A DNA stretch of 64,000 nucleotides from Truepera sp. (GCA_965218435.1 CBDCKW010000009.1:2080001-2144000); one strand, 5' to 3'; shown: positions 9,733 to 23,611, counted from the stretch's first letter. The notes: generated by a model not told the origin, from the letters alone. Numbers and translations are program-made.

Positions 9733-9817
9733 AAACCGATTATGAGACGCACAATTATGAGAGTCTTACCGACAAGATGAGAATAAGCCGCGTAAATTTC
9801 TCACACCGTTTTCAGGT

Positions 9818-10309
9818 TTACGGCAGTAAGACTGTTTCTTGCACGATAATCTCATCTTGCAAGATGCGCTCCGCCCACGCCTTCGCACCGGGCAAAGAGT
9901 GGTCGCGGAAGTTGCCGCACCGCTCTGCGCTGCACCCCGGAATCTCACCTTCGTGGCCTTGGACGGCCTCGAGCGACACCTTAAGCGCCTCAGCAACAGC
10001 CTTCTCACCCGGTTCACCAAATACCGTCAGATAAAACCCGGTGCGACACCCCATCGGGCTCGCGTCAATCAAATTACCGAGCGACCCCCGCAGATAACCG
10101 GCTAACAGGTGCTCGATAGTATGCAGCGGCGCAGTCGGAATCTCGGCTTGATTGGGTTGGACGAGGCGCAGGTCAAACTTGCTCACCACGTCGCCACTCG
10201 GCCCGGTGTAGTGTCCGGCGAGGCGGACGTAAGGGGCGCGGACGCGGGTGTGGTCGAGGTCAAACGAGGCGACTTTTTTGGCTTCGGGTTTAGCGTTAGG
10301 TGTGCTCAT
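9818..10309 (-). CDS. luxS: S-ribosylhomocysteine lyase
   Basis: Motifs SFDLDHT, HTIEH, SPMGCRTGFY and CGNFRDHSL. Confidence 0.98.
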   Translation of the reverse strand: MSTPNAKPEAKKVASFDLDHTRVRAPYVRLAGHYTGPSGDVVSKFDLRLVQPNQAEIPTAPLHTIEHLLAGYLRGSLGNLIDASPMGCRTGFYLTVFGEPGEKAVAEALKVSLEAVQGHEGEIPGCSAERCGNFRDHSLPGAKAWAERILQDEIIVQETVLLP

Positions 10310-10372
10310 AAAGTCCAGCCTACTCCGTTTAAGCAGCCTTTGAAAGTCAGCCCTGAACGCAGTTTTTAGGCA

Positions 10373-11230
10373 TCAGGCCCGCGCCGCGCGTATGACCTCG
10401 GTAAGGGTGGTAGCGGGACGGCCCAGCAACCGCGCCAGGTCCTCGCTGTTGGTCTCGAGGTCGCCGTGGGCGATCGAGGCGTCGAGGGCGGCCACGAAGT
10501 GAGCGGTCGCCTCGTCGAGACCCGCTTGCTGGAGCGAGGAGACGTACGCGTCAGCCGGCAGGTCGCGGTAAGTCAGCGGCTTACCGGTGACCTCGCTAAC
10601 GACCTGGGCGAGCTCGGACAAGCTGAAGGCCGGGCCGCCGAGCTCGAAGGGCCGGTTCCCCGCCTCATCCTGGAGCAGCGCGGCTGCAGCTGCGGCGGCG
10701 TAGTCCTTGCGGGTCGCCGCTGCGATCTTGCCGGTCCCGGCGGCACCGAGGATCTCGCCGCGCTCGAGATACTGGCCGATCTGGTCGGTGTAGTTTTCTG
10801 TGTACCAGCCGTTGCGCAGCACCGTAAACGGCACACCCGCTTCACGCAGCGCCCGCTCGGTGTCCTGGTGCTCGCCTGCCAGCGGGTTGGTCGTGTTATC
10901 GGCGTTCAGCATGCTCGTGTACACGATCCGCGAGACACCCACCGTCTTCGCGGCTTTGATGACGTTGGTGTGCTGGGCAACCCGCTGGCCCGGCTCGCTG
11001 CTCGAGACCAGCAACAGCCGGTCTACACCGGCCAGCGCCGCGCCCAGGGTCTCCGGACGGGCGTAGTCTCCCTCGCGCACCTGCACGCCGCGCTCGGCGA
11101 GGCTGGTAACTTTCGCTCGGGTGCGTACGACAGCGACGACGTCGGAAGCGGGCACACCGAGGGCCAGCAGCTCCTGAACGGCAAGGTGCCCGAGATGACC
11201 TGAGGCTCCGGTAATGGCGTAGATGGACAT
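10373..11230 (-). CDS. NAD(P)H:quinone oxidoreductase, QorB/YtfG-like atypical SDR
   Basis: Motifs ITGASGHLG, LLLVSSSE, LRNGWYTEN and TRKDYA. Confidence 0.85.
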   Translation of the reverse strand: MSIYAITGASGHLGHLAVQELLALGVPASDVVAVVRTRAKVTSLAERGVQVREGDYARPETLGAALAGVDRLLLVSSSEPGQRVAQHTNVIKAAKTVGVSRIVYTSMLNADNTTNPLAGEHQDTERALREAGVPFTVLRNGWYTENYTDQIGQYLERGEILGAAGTGKIAAATRKDYAAAAAAALLQDEAGNRPFELGGPAFSLSELAQVVSEVTGKPLTYRDLPADAYVSSLQQAGLDEATAHFVAALDASIAHGDLETNSEDLARLLGRPATTLTEVIRAARA

Positions 11231-11349
11231 ACGATTCCTCCTAAAGGTGGCTGTCTGATCGGTCGTAATTACGGGTTAGAACAAATGTTTTTGGTTGTTC
11301 CCTTATAGGTTGGCGGGACGCGTACCACGGGCCTACGGCGGCAGTTCGG

Positions 11350-12198
11350 TCAGGAGAACGCCGCAGCGTAGTCGGTGGCGAACTGTGTGTAGGAGTGCGC
11401 CGCCCGGCCAAGCAGCGTCGGCAGGTCCTGAGAGAGCCACTCCGCGTCGCCCTCGGCGAAGAGGCTCAGCGCCAGAGCGTTCATGGCGGCCACCGGCTGC
11501 GGGAGACCGGCGCGGATCATCTCGGCCTCATCCTCCTCGCGGCTGCGCGGGTAGAAGGTGACCGTTCGGCTGAGCAGCTGTGACAGCACCCCGGCGACGT
11601 CGGCGTAGGTGAGGAGTTCTGGTCCGCTGAGCCAGTACGTCTTACTCGCGTGGCCAGCCGGGTCGGCGACGATAGCGGCGGCCACCGCAGCGACGTCGCG
11701 CGCGTCAATCATGCCCACCCGACCGGCTCCAATCGAGGAAGCGAAACTGCTCGTCTGGGCGATGCTCGGTGCCAATATGAGGGTGTTCTGCATGAAGGCG
11801 TTGGACCGCAGCAGCGTGTGCAGCAGCCCCGAGGCGGCCAGGCCCTGCTCGATCTGCGCGTGCCAGCGCTGACGAGCGATCGGGGAATCCGGCGACGCCT
11901 TGCTCGTGAGCTTCACGATGTGCGCCACCCCCGCTCGGGCCGCGGCGTCGATGACGCCGAGTTCCTGCGCCGGCTCTCCACCGGGGCCGACGAGCAGGAC
12001 AGTCGTGACGCCGTCCATCGCCGCCTCGATGCTCTCCGGCGCGTCGAAGTCGCCTACAGCGAGTTCTACGCCCGCCTGCGCAAGGGCCTGGGCTTTGTGC
12101 CGGTCGCGCACCAGCGCCCGCACCTGTACCTCCTGCTGGCGCAGCACCCGCACCGCCTCGGAGCCTACTTTTCCCGTCGCTCCTGTTACTAAGATCAT
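11350..12198 (-). CDS. NmrA-family NAD(P)-binding protein
   Basis: MILVTGATGKVG follows an AGGAGG RBS. Also FMQN and IDARDVA. Confidence 0.85.
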   Translation of the reverse strand: MILVTGATGKVGSEAVRVLRQQEVQVRALVRDRHKAQALAQAGVELAVGDFDAPESIEAAMDGVTTVLLVGPGGEPAQELGVIDAAARAGVAHIVKLTSKASPDSPIARQRWHAQIEQGLAASGLLHTLLRSNAFMQNTLILAPSIAQTSSFASSIGAGRVGMIDARDVAAVAAAIVADPAGHASKTYWLSGPELLTYADVAGVLSQLLSRTVTFYPRSREEDEAEMIRAGLPQPVAAMNALALSLFAEGDAEWLSQDLPTLLGRAAHSYTQFATDYAAAFS

Positions 12199-12291
12199 CT
12201 CGAGCCTCCTCGTCTCTCTAACATAAAAAAATAAGTCGTTCATTCATTTGAGCGAATATATCACACTTCTCGGCCTGCTAGACTGATCCAC

Positions 12292-12951
12292 ATGACAACG
12301 CGTCCTCAGACCGACACCGACGCCCCAGCAGCTGTCGACGCGCGGCGGACCGGCGGCGAACGCACCCGGCGGCGGCTGATCGAAGCGGCGCAGGAACTCA
12401 TCGCCGAACGCGGCGAAAGCGCGATCCGCTTGCGCGACCTTACCGAGGTTGCGGGAACCAATCTGGCCGCCGTCCACTACCACTTCGGCGGCCTCGGCCC
12501 GCTCCTCGCTGTTGCAGCATCTGAGGCCGTGGAGCGTATCATCGAAACTCAGATCGCCGAACTCGAGTCGTTGCCACCCGACGCGACGCTCTACGAGATC
12601 GCCGCAGCTTACTTTCGTCCGATGGTCGACGCGCTCAGCGGGCCGTCCAGCAGAGGGCGTCCCTACGTGCGCGTGCTCGCCCGGGTGACCTCTGACCCGC
12701 CTGAAGGGCTCGAGGACTGGGCGGAGACCGTAACGGCTCGTGCGCATCACGCGCTCGTCGCTCGGTTACGACCGGTGCTTCCCGACGTGCCCGACGATGA
12801 TCTCTTGTTCCGTATTAAGTGTGTAGGCGGAATCCTCGTGGTGCTGAGCACGGCCGCTTTGGAGCCAGACCTGCAAGGCAAGTCGCCGGAGGCGGTGGAG
12901 CAAAAGCTCATCCCGGTAATCGCCGGTGCGCTAGCAGTCACCCCAAGGTAG
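12292..12951 (+). CDS. TetR-family transcriptional regulator
   Basis: HTH TRRRLIEAAQEL...AGTNLAAVHYHFG. Divergent from the two NmrA/SDR genes, with an imperfect palindrome TCGTTCA-N6-TGAGCGA at about 12236-12255. Confidence 0.9.
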   Translation: MTTRPQTDTDAPAAVDARRTGGERTRRRLIEAAQELIAERGESAIRLRDLTEVAGTNLAAVHYHFGGLGPLLAVAASEAVERIIETQIAELESLPPDATLYEIAAAYFRPMVDALSGPSSRGRPYVRVLARVTSDPPEGLEDWAETVTARAHHALVARLRPVLPDVPDDDLLFRIKCVGGILVVLSTAALEPDLQGKSPEAVEQKLIPVIAGALAVTPR

Positions 12952-13549
12952 TGGCTCTTCCGGCATTTCGGTACGGTATCCGCGCCATCGACAGGGTGTC
13001 AGGTAAGCTGAGAGCAGCACCGCACAGGCTCGTTCACTGGGACAAGCGGCGGAACGTACTCTGGCTTTCCTCGGCAGCTCCGGATCAGCCTCACCTTTGT
13101 GCGCCCACGAGCCTGGACCCGTTACCCGTGAAGCGCAGCCGGAAATGCTAGGCCAGCCGACTCAGCCCAGCCGACGGCTTTTGAAACGCGGGCAAAAAGC
13201 GTGTGGGAACGCTAAGCAACCGGTACGGCGTTTCCTGCTCGAGGCCGAGCGGTTGCCGGAGGCAGAGACGCGCGTGCTCGGAGCTACGTAAGAAAGAGCG
13301 CCCTACCGGGCTCGAGCTTCCCTTCGCTTGTCTATGTAGGTGTCTATACGAGCAGCAGCTGTAAGCAAACGCGTCGCCGGTCAACTCAATAGCCATGACA
13401 CCCACAATATGTTAGCGTCAGCATGTCAGCGTTAGAGCCGGAAAAAGCCTTATACTTTCTTGTTTGTAAGTATATCTTTATCTTTATTTAGCAGTCGGGT
13501 ACACTAGCTGGGGTCGTCTAGTCTAGCGGTTATTTATTAGGAGTTTATC

Positions 13550-14065
13550 TTGCGTGTTGCGATCTTTATTGACGGCAGCAATCTCTATAACGGTATGCGT
13601 GACAACCTCTCTTCCACCCGTTTTAACCTTCAAGAACTCGTGGCGCAGCTGTTAGCTAAACGCCAGCTGGTCCGTACCTACTACTACAACGCGCCCCTGA
13701 CCGACGACTACGAGAGTGAGCTGCGCGAGGGGCAGCAGCGGTTTTTCGAGTCCTTACGGCGGATTCCCTACACGACCGTGCGGCTCGGGCGGCTCCACCG
13801 CCGTTTTGACGGCTCACTCGTTGAAAAAGGCATTGACGTAGCGATCGCGGTCGAGTCGCTCGCGCTCGCCTACGAAGACGCCTACGACACGGTGCTGCTC
13901 GTTTCGGGTGACGGCGACTATGTGCAGCTCGTCGAGGCGATTAAACGCCGGGGCAAACACGTCGAGTGCGCGATGTTTCGCAATCAGTCGGCGGGGGTGC
14001 TCTTAGAGTACGCCGACGTTTTTACGCCGTTAGATGAACTCAACTGGCAAAAAGTGCTGTTTTAG
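13550..14065 (+). CDS. NYN/LabA-DUF88 (PIN-like) domain protein
   Basis: Motifs IFIDGSNL, EKGIDV and VSGDGDY. AGGAG RBS before the TTG start. Confidence 0.9.
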   Translation: MRVAIFIDGSNLYNGMRDNLSSTRFNLQELVAQLLAKRQLVRTYYYNAPLTDDYESELREGQQRFFESLRRIPYTTVRLGRLHRRFDGSLVEKGIDVAIAVESLALAYEDAYDTVLLVSGDGDYVQLVEAIKRRGKHVECAMFRNQSAGVLLEYADVFTPLDELNWQKVLF

Positions 14066-14270
14066 GTTGGGCTTAACTTTCGAAGTCAGCACTAGGCGTC
14101 TTCAGAGTGGTCTATGGGAGAAGCCAGAATACAGCATTCAGAAGGTTGTGGCCTACAGAAGGGAATAGCGTCGTTTACACGCACACGCCTAAATCAGCCA
14201 AAGCGCAACCCTCAGTAGGACTCAAGTAATTAGACACAGGTTGAGACCCTAGTTTAAGGCTCGAACCCTC

Positions 14271-17404
<3,134 letters not shown>

Positions 17405-17749
17405 CTAGGCTCGAGGATACCCGAAATGTCTGAGAGCACGCAGCAAAACTTCAGCACTCAGATAGGGCAAACGTATTAGGGCTACATTCGTAAGCTAAAA
17501 ACTCTCTACGCTGGTATTTCAAGAATCGCATTCTAATAAAAACCGTAAAAGGGACAGATTCTGAAGCATTTTTGGAGGTTGGACTTAAGAAAACGTGGGT
17601 AGTGCGTTTGCCCTGAGCACTCAGACAGTCATCACCTCTAGTAGCTCGTCTTTTGGCTATGATACTGAGTAGTTGTACCTAGGTGCTGTAGACACACTGA
17701 CCCTAAAGCAGCCCCTAAACGCAGCATTTAAGATGAAATTGAGGCACTT

Positions 17750-19006
17750 GTGAACCGAACTGTCAACCGACTTAGTTTTTACGCGCTCGTTATTTTTTTC
17801 TTTTCGCTGCCGTGGCAAGATATCGTCAAGCTGCCGGGTAGCAACATTTTTTCCGTTTCACGTCTCGTTGGCTTGGTGCTCGTTATCGCCGGTTTAGGCG
17901 TAACCCTTCAGCGTGGAACCCTAAGACTACGAGTTCCAGCAGTCACGACCGTACTTACAGTGATGTTTGCGTTATGGGCAGTTTGCGGCAGTTTATGGAG
18001 TAGCGGCGGCCGTAGCAGTACGACTGTATTAGCCTTGACCTATGTGCAGCTCGCAGTGATGGCGCTCCTGATCTGGCAGCTCTGCCGCACCCTGCAAGAT
18101 CACCGCACTTTGCTCCAAGCATATGTTCTAGGCGCGTATATCGTCGCTGGGCAGATTGCTGTACAGTACCTGACCCATCCTTTTGCCCCTAATTCAACAC
18201 AGAGTATGGAACGTTATACCGGTCTAGGCGGAAACCCGAACAACACCGCTGCAGCCGTTGCGCTGGCACTGCCTATCGCGTGGTATCTAGGGCACTTTTG
18301 GGCGCGTGGACTGCTCCGGTGGCTGAACTATCTCTATTTGCCGCTCGCTATCTTCGCGATTATTTTGACGGCCTCGAGGGGCGGCTTTTTAGTTGCCTTG
18401 GTGGGACTTATGGTCGTACCACTGACCTTTAGACAGTTGCCACCTCGGGCTAGGGTAACGACGTTCGTCTTTGCGCTTTTATCGGTTGGCATTATTGTCA
18501 CAGTCGTGCCTCTCGCTAACTTTTCGCGCATTGCGCAAACCTCATCTGAAATCAGCGACGGCAACGTGAGTAACAGGGGTGTCATCTGGAAGGCCGGGTT
18601 ACAACTTTATACGGAAAGTCCGGTTATAGGGATTGGTACGGGTAGCTTTCTGAGCGCGGTTGGGCCTGTGCTCGGATACCGAATACCCGCCCATAACGCC
18701 TTTTTACTGGTTTTAGTCGAAATGGGTATCATCGGCTTTTTACTTTTTACGGTCAACTTTTTGGTGGTTCTTTGGCCGCTGTTACGGTTGCGGGGGCCGG
18801 AAAAGTTACTTTACTTGTGCCTCTGGTTGGCTCTAGTCGTCTCAATGTTGCCTTCAAACGTAGAAGACTCGCAGTACGTCTGGGGCTTTCTAACGCTGAT
18901 GGCGACGCGGCAAGCTTATACGCTAAGACTATCCGGACTTAACTCCCGGATGGACGCAGACAACCAAGAACCAACTACGGTTAAGCGGCCGGTCCATAGC
19001 CTGTAA
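17750..19006 (+). CDS. O-antigen ligase/Wzy_C family membrane protein
   Basis: Multiple TM segments with GNPN, LTASRGG, R..IW...PVIGIGTG and AHN..L..LVEMGIIG. Confidence 0.85.
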   Translation: MNRTVNRLSFYALVIFFFSLPWQDIVKLPGSNIFSVSRLVGLVLVIAGLGVTLQRGTLRLRVPAVTTVLTVMFALWAVCGSLWSSGGRSSTTVLALTYVQLAVMALLIWQLCRTLQDHRTLLQAYVLGAYIVAGQIAVQYLTHPFAPNSTQSMERYTGLGGNPNNTAAAVALALPIAWYLGHFWARGLLRWLNYLYLPLAIFAIILTASRGGFLVALVGLMVVPLTFRQLPPRARVTTFVFALLSVGIIVTVVPLANFSRIAQTSSEISDGNVSNRGVIWKAGLQLYTESPVIGIGTGSFLSAVGPVLGYRIPAHNAFLLVLVEMGIIGFLLFTVNFLVVLWPLLRLRGPEKLLYLCLWLALVVSMLPSNVEDSQYVWGFLTLMATRQAYTLRLSGLNSRMDADNQEPTTVKRPVHSL

Positions 19007-19183
19007 CCCCGTAAACTCCGCAGCTCGTGAGCTCAGCTGGAGCAAAAAAGAATGTGGAACCCCGGTCGCGTGATCTTTGAGCGCCGCAAATTTATGAACA
19101 CTCGCTAAAGATGCCCCAAAGCCCCTACGTGTAGCGGCTGCTATACTCGCCTATGGGTTTCGCCCATACCTTTAGGAGGATAC

Positions 19184-20323
19184 ATGCGCAAGGTTCTACT
19201 CTCGCTTTTGACTTTAGGGCTGCCGTTAGCTGCAGCTCAAGACTACGTCTTTGGAATCACCTATGACGCGGGTGGTAAGTTCGACGGGTCATTTAACGAA
19301 GGGACGTTTAACGGCCTTTCAAAAGCCGTCAAAGAATTAAAAGAAGACGATGGACTTGCTATTGACGTGTTGGAATTTGAAGGTTCTCCCGACACCGCCG
19401 CTGAAGGGCAACGCAGCATGGCGTCTAAAGGCGCAGAACTCGTCATCGCACCCGGATTTTTACAGTACGACGCCATCACGTCTGTGAGCCGGGAGTTTCC
19501 CGACTCTGACTTTCTTTTGATAGACGCAGCACCCGCGACCGCAGAAGAGGCAACGCAATATCCCAATGTTCAGTTCGTTCTCTTTAAGGAGCACGAAGGC
19601 AGCTATTTAGTCGGCTACCTTGCCGGTAAGATGACCCAAACCGGCACGGTCGGATTTGTCGGCGGGATGGATATTCCGCTCATTCACGCGTTTGACCTTG
19701 GTTACCAAGAAGGCGTCAAGGCTGCCTGCCCCGACTGCAAGGTCATCTCTAACTACGTCGGTTCGACGCCCGCTGCCTGGAATGATCCGGCCCGCGCCCG
19801 TGAACTTGCGACCACGCAGCAAGCCCAAGGTGCAGATATTATCTACGCCGCCGCCGGCGCTTCAGGCAACGGCGTCATTGACTTCGTAACTCAGACGATG
19901 TGCTATCAGCCAAAAGGTGAGTTGCGCGTGTCACCTATGGCCGACGTTCTGCCCACTATCAAAAAACCTGCGGCCTATACCCAGAAGTGTGGCCAGAACA
20001 GTCAACCGCTCTTTTTTATCGGGGTGGACTCAAACCAAAACCCGCGCGGCGACACCGACGGCAACCCGGCTACCTTAAACTTCGGCCTGACGAGTATGCT
20101 TAAGCGCGTTGATACCGCCGCGTACAACGCAGTTTATGACGTGGTAGACGACAAGTTTGAAGGCGGCGTACAGAACCTCGGCTTAGCTGAAGACGGTGTA
20201 GGGTACGCCGTTGACAAGAACAACAAGGCGCTGATTCCACAAGCCGTCATTGACGAACTCGAGGCTACCCGTCAGCAGATTATTGACGGTAAAATTGTGG
20301 TCACGGACTACCGCGCGCAGTAA
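19184..20323 (+). CDS. BMP/PnrA-family ABC substrate-binding protein (nucleoside-type)
   Basis: Motifs GGKFDGSFNE, FKEHEGSYLVG, GADIIYAAAG, IGVDSNQ and TSMLKRVD. Sec signal without a lipobox Cys. Confidence 0.9.
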   Translation: MRKVLLSLLTLGLPLAAAQDYVFGITYDAGGKFDGSFNEGTFNGLSKAVKELKEDDGLAIDVLEFEGSPDTAAEGQRSMASKGAELVIAPGFLQYDAITSVSREFPDSDFLLIDAAPATAEEATQYPNVQFVLFKEHEGSYLVGYLAGKMTQTGTVGFVGGMDIPLIHAFDLGYQEGVKAACPDCKVISNYVGSTPAAWNDPARARELATTQQAQGADIIYAAAGASGNGVIDFVTQTMCYQPKGELRVSPMADVLPTIKKPAAYTQKCGQNSQPLFFIGVDSNQNPRGDTDGNPATLNFGLTSMLKRVDTAAYNAVYDVVDDKFEGGVQNLGLAEDGVGYAVDKNNKALIPQAVIDELEATRQQIIDGKIVVTDYRAQ

Positions 20324-20358
20324 CTTTGCACCAACCTTATATCTGCTAAACCTCAGCC

Positions 20359-20384
20359 AGAGGCCCCGAGTGGGGCCTCTTTTA
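20359..20384 (+). terminator. intrinsic terminator
   Basis: AGAGGCCCC-GAGT-GGGGCCTCT-TTTT between convergent genes. Confidence 0.8.
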
Positions 20385-20386
20385 CT

Positions 20387-21004
20387 TTACTGAAGCGTAT
20401 AGATTCCGGCACAAAACGAAACCTGAACATAGTCGGCTTCAAATCCTTGCTGTTCCAAAAGCGGCAAGGCTTCTTCAGCTACCCAGTAATATTCGCTCTC
20501 ATCCCAGACGCTCTGCCACTTTTGCCGAACTGCGGCTCTGGACTCAGCTGTTGCAAAAGAGATGTCGCCTACGACAATACGGCCACCAGGCCCCAGCAAC
20601 CCGGCCAAGCGGGTGAGCAGCTTGATTTTCGTCTCGAGCTCAAACTCGTGTAAAACGTAGGCAGAGACGATGGCAGTAAAACGGCGAGTCCCTAGGTCAC
20701 CCCAATCACCGAGCAGGTCGAGCTGTTTGAAATCGGCGTTGGGGACGTTAAGCCGCGCTTGTTCCAGCATCTTTTCCGATAGGTCTACGCCCAGCACGTA
20801 GCAGCCAAGCTCAGCAAAACGGGCGGCCAAGGCTCCGGTGCCGGTTCCTACATCCAAAACAGTGGCCCCGTCTCCCATCTCAGCTCCACCGACAACTTCG
20901 CCAAGTACCAGGCTATAACCTTCAAAAGGAAACCCGGCAGCGTCTTCTAAACCCTCGTCATAAGTCTCGGCCCAATCGTCAAACAGCTCTTTACGTTCAG
21001 GCAT
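20387..21004 (-). CDS. class I SAM-dependent methyltransferase
   Basis: Motifs FDDWAETYD, VLDVGTGTG, GVDLS and LGPGGRIVVGD. Confidence 0.9.
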   Translation of the reverse strand: MPERKELFDDWAETYDEGLEDAAGFPFEGYSLVLGEVVGGAEMGDGATVLDVGTGTGALAARFAELGCYVLGVDLSEKMLEQARLNVPNADFKQLDLLGDWGDLGTRRFTAIVSAYVLHEFELETKIKLLTRLAGLLGPGGRIVVGDISFATAESRAAVRQKWQSVWDESEYYWVAEEALPLLEQQGFEADYVQVSFCAGIYTLQ

Positions 21005-21044
21005 ATGCCTCCCTATTCGCGAGCACCATGCTACAATCTTCAGT

Positions 21045-21500
<456 letters not shown>

Positions 21501-21513
21501 TTTTTTAAGCGTT

Positions 21514-21541
21514 AAGCGTAGCGGCGTCGCTGCGCTTTTTT
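21514..21541 (+). terminator. intrinsic terminator after rnpB
   Basis: AAGCGTAGCG-GCGT-CGCTGCGCTT followed by a T run. Confidence 0.75.
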
Positions 21542-21759
21542 GGGTTCGGACGTATCTTTAAGTGAAGTGTAGTTACAGACATTCTGACCGAAATGCGCAT
21601 CACTTGACGCCACACGTTTTATGATGCTGATAGTCAACATTTCTTCGTAGCATATCTGAGAATACCGTCTAAGTAGACTCCACACAAAATATCAAACATC
21701 TCCTCGAGCAGCTCTGCGTGGGAGGACTCTATAAGAAACCCACTGAAGAAGGGAAAAAT

Positions 21760-21799
21760 GTGGGGGCTTGTGGGAGAACGTGGGAAAGTGTGTTAAACT
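21760..21799 (+). promoter_or_regulatory. MraZ-binding repeats and dcw promoter
   Basis: GTGGG at 21760, 21770 and 21780 (10-nt period), then an extended -10 TGnTAAACT at 21791-21799. Confidence 0.8.
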
Positions 21800-21899
21800 T
21801 CACCCTAGTTGGAATCACGTGTACTGCAACGTTTACTGCGGGCTTAAACAGGTGTAGCGGCTAAGCGGTACGAAACTCTAGGTGGGAGATAGGTGGAGA

Positions 21900-22328
21900 A
21901 TGCCATTTGGCGAATATCCTTACGCGGTGGACGACAAAGGGCGAGTCATCGTCCCCCCACCGTTTCGGGAATTCGTCGAAGACGGCATGATTATTACCCG
22001 TGGGATGGAAAAATGTCTCTACGTGTTTCCCATGACGGCGTGGTCACGGGTCGTCAAGCAACTCGACGAACTGCCGATGACCGACCCCAAAGCACGCAAG
22101 TTTTTACGTTACTTTTACTCCGGCGCGGCCAAAGCCAAGATAGACGCGGCGGGCCGCATTACGCTGCCGGGAACACTGCGCACCTTTGCGGGGCTCGAGA
22201 ACAGCGTGATGGTCGCGGGCGCACCGAACCACCTCGAGATTTGGAACGAAACGCGCTGGAACGAAGCGATCGAAGCGATGCACGACGACCTCGACGCGCC
22301 CGAGCTGCTCCAAGGGATGGTCGGATGA
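21900..22328 (+). CDS. mraZ: division/cell wall cluster repressor MraZ
   Basis: MPFGEY..VDDKGR, IDAAGRI and LEIW. ATG at 21900 after AGGTGG. Confidence 0.96.
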   Translation: MPFGEYPYAVDDKGRVIVPPPFREFVEDGMIITRGMEKCLYVFPMTAWSRVVKQLDELPMTDPKARKFLRYFYSGAAKAKIDAAGRITLPGTLRTFAGLENSVMVAGAPNHLEIWNETRWNEAIEAMHDDLDAPELLQGMVG

Positions 22329-23263
22329 CCCGTTCTGAGGCCGCACCGGGCAGCGCCCCGCACGCCCCGGTGATGTTAAACGAGTGCCTAGAGCACCTGA
22401 ACGTCAAACCCGGCGCTTGGTACCTTGACGGCACCTTCGGCGCAGGGGGGCATACCAACGCGATTTTGGCAGCGGGCGGGCGCGTGCTGGCGCTTGACCG
22501 CGACCCGCAGGTGCAACGGTTTTTAGACGCGGACGCGTTAGGGACGGGCCACCTGCTCTTTGCCGAAGGTTCCTTTAGCGAGCTGGACGTTCACGCTGAA
22601 CGCCTCGGCGTCGCGCCGGTCGCCGGAGTCCTCCTCGATTTGGGCGTCTCGTCCATGCAGCTCGACGAAGGTGAACGCGGGTTTTCGTTTCGGCACTCCG
22701 GTCCGCTCGATATGCGGATGGGACGGACCGGACTTTCCGCCGCCGACCTGGTCAACCACGCCTCACCCGACGAACTCGCCAGCTTGATCTTCCGCTACGG
22801 CGAAGACCGTTACAGCCGCCGCATCGCGCGGCGTATCGCCGAGGCGCGGGACGCTGCGCCTATCGAGACCACCCAAGAGCTCGCCGAGGTCATCGCCCGC
22901 GCCTATCCGCCCGGTAAACGCCGCGACCATCCGGCAAGGCGCACCTTTCAGGCGCTCCGCATCGCCGTAAACGATGAGTTAGGCGAATTGCAAGGTGCGC
23001 TTTCAGTGCTAGAGCGCACCTTGGCACCCGAAGGTCGCGCCGTGGTGTTGACCTATCACTCGTTAGAAGACCGCATCGTCAAACATTTTTTTAAAGGTAA
23101 CCCGAACTTTACGCCGCTCCACAAACGCCCCTTGACCGCCACCGAAGAAGAAACCTTACTTAATCCAAGGGCGCGCAGCGCCAAGTTGCGCGCCGCTCAG
23201 TTTGCTGACATCCGGCCCAGTGACGTTACCGGCCCAACTGCGCCCCCAAAGAAACTGCTCTGA
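22325..23263 (+). CDS. rsmH: 16S rRNA m4C1402 methyltransferase
   Basis: Motifs HAPVML, DGTFGAGGH, DLGVSSMQLD, RTFQALRIAVN and NPRARSAKLR. The ATG at 22325 overlaps the mraZ stop. Confidence 0.97.
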   Translation: MTRSEAAPGSAPHAPVMLNECLEHLNVKPGAWYLDGTFGAGGHTNAILAAGGRVLALDRDPQVQRFLDADALGTGHLLFAEGSFSELDVHAERLGVAPVAGVLLDLGVSSMQLDEGERGFSFRHSGPLDMRMGRTGLSAADLVNHASPDELASLIFRYGEDRYSRRIARRIAEARDAAPIETTQELAEVIARAYPPGKRRDHPARRTFQALRIAVNDELGELQGALSVLERTLAPEGRAVVLTYHSLEDRIVKHFFKGNPNFTPLHKRPLTATEEETLLNPRARSAKLRAAQFADIRPSDVTGPTAPPKKLL

Positions 23264-23284
23264 AGAAACTGCTGTGAGGAACCC

Positions 23285-23611
23285 GTGATGACCAAATCCA
23301 GCCGCCGCCTGCTCGCGCTCTATCTGAGTGCACTTCTGGCACTCGCCTATTTGGGCGTACACAACCAAACCGGTTACCGTCAGCACGAGTACCTGCTGCA
23401 GCAAAAGAGAGTGTTGCAGCTGCAACTTCAAGGTTTGCGCCGCGACGCGGCCCTCGTCAACGGGACGCTCACCGTACGGCAGTGGGCGCTCGAGCGGGGC
23501 ATGGTGCCCGCCCCCGAAGCACTCAATATTCGTGAAGTGAACGCCGGTCCTGCACCCGTAGCAGCCCCTTTGCCGCAAGGCGAGTTGGAGGTAGATACCC
23601 TATGGCACTAA
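23285..23611 (+). CDS. FtsL-like cell division protein
   Basis: Position between rsmH and the PBP gene; one TM segment, a coiled coil, then WALERGM. Confidence 0.65.
   Translation: MMTKSSRRLLALYLSALLALAYLGVHNQTGYRQHEYLLQQKRVLQLQLQGLRRDAALVNGTLTVRQWALERGMVPAPEALNIREVNAGPAPVAAPLPQGELEVDTLWH

Noticed and set aside
10466..11203. Long antisense ORFs (245 aa here; also 11650-12192 and 56052-56789) and the many other shadow ORFs in the track
   Set aside because: They lie opposite well-supported genes and are expected from high GC3 codon usage. They show no RBS or motifs.
12952..13405. Short ORFs after the TetR gene (13097-13291 and others)
   Set aside because: No recognisable motif or RBS. They may be decayed coding DNA but cannot be assigned.
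14216..14252. Weak hairpin or IS-end-like sequence between NYN and mscS
   Set aside because: No partner end or transposase is present. It may simply be a terminator between convergent genes.
21893..22324. Long N-terminal extensions on rsmH (also purM, murB, ribF, osmF, Rieske gene) in the ORF track
   Set aside because: These are artefacts of longest-ORF calling. RBS, overlap or -10 evidence supports the downstream starts.
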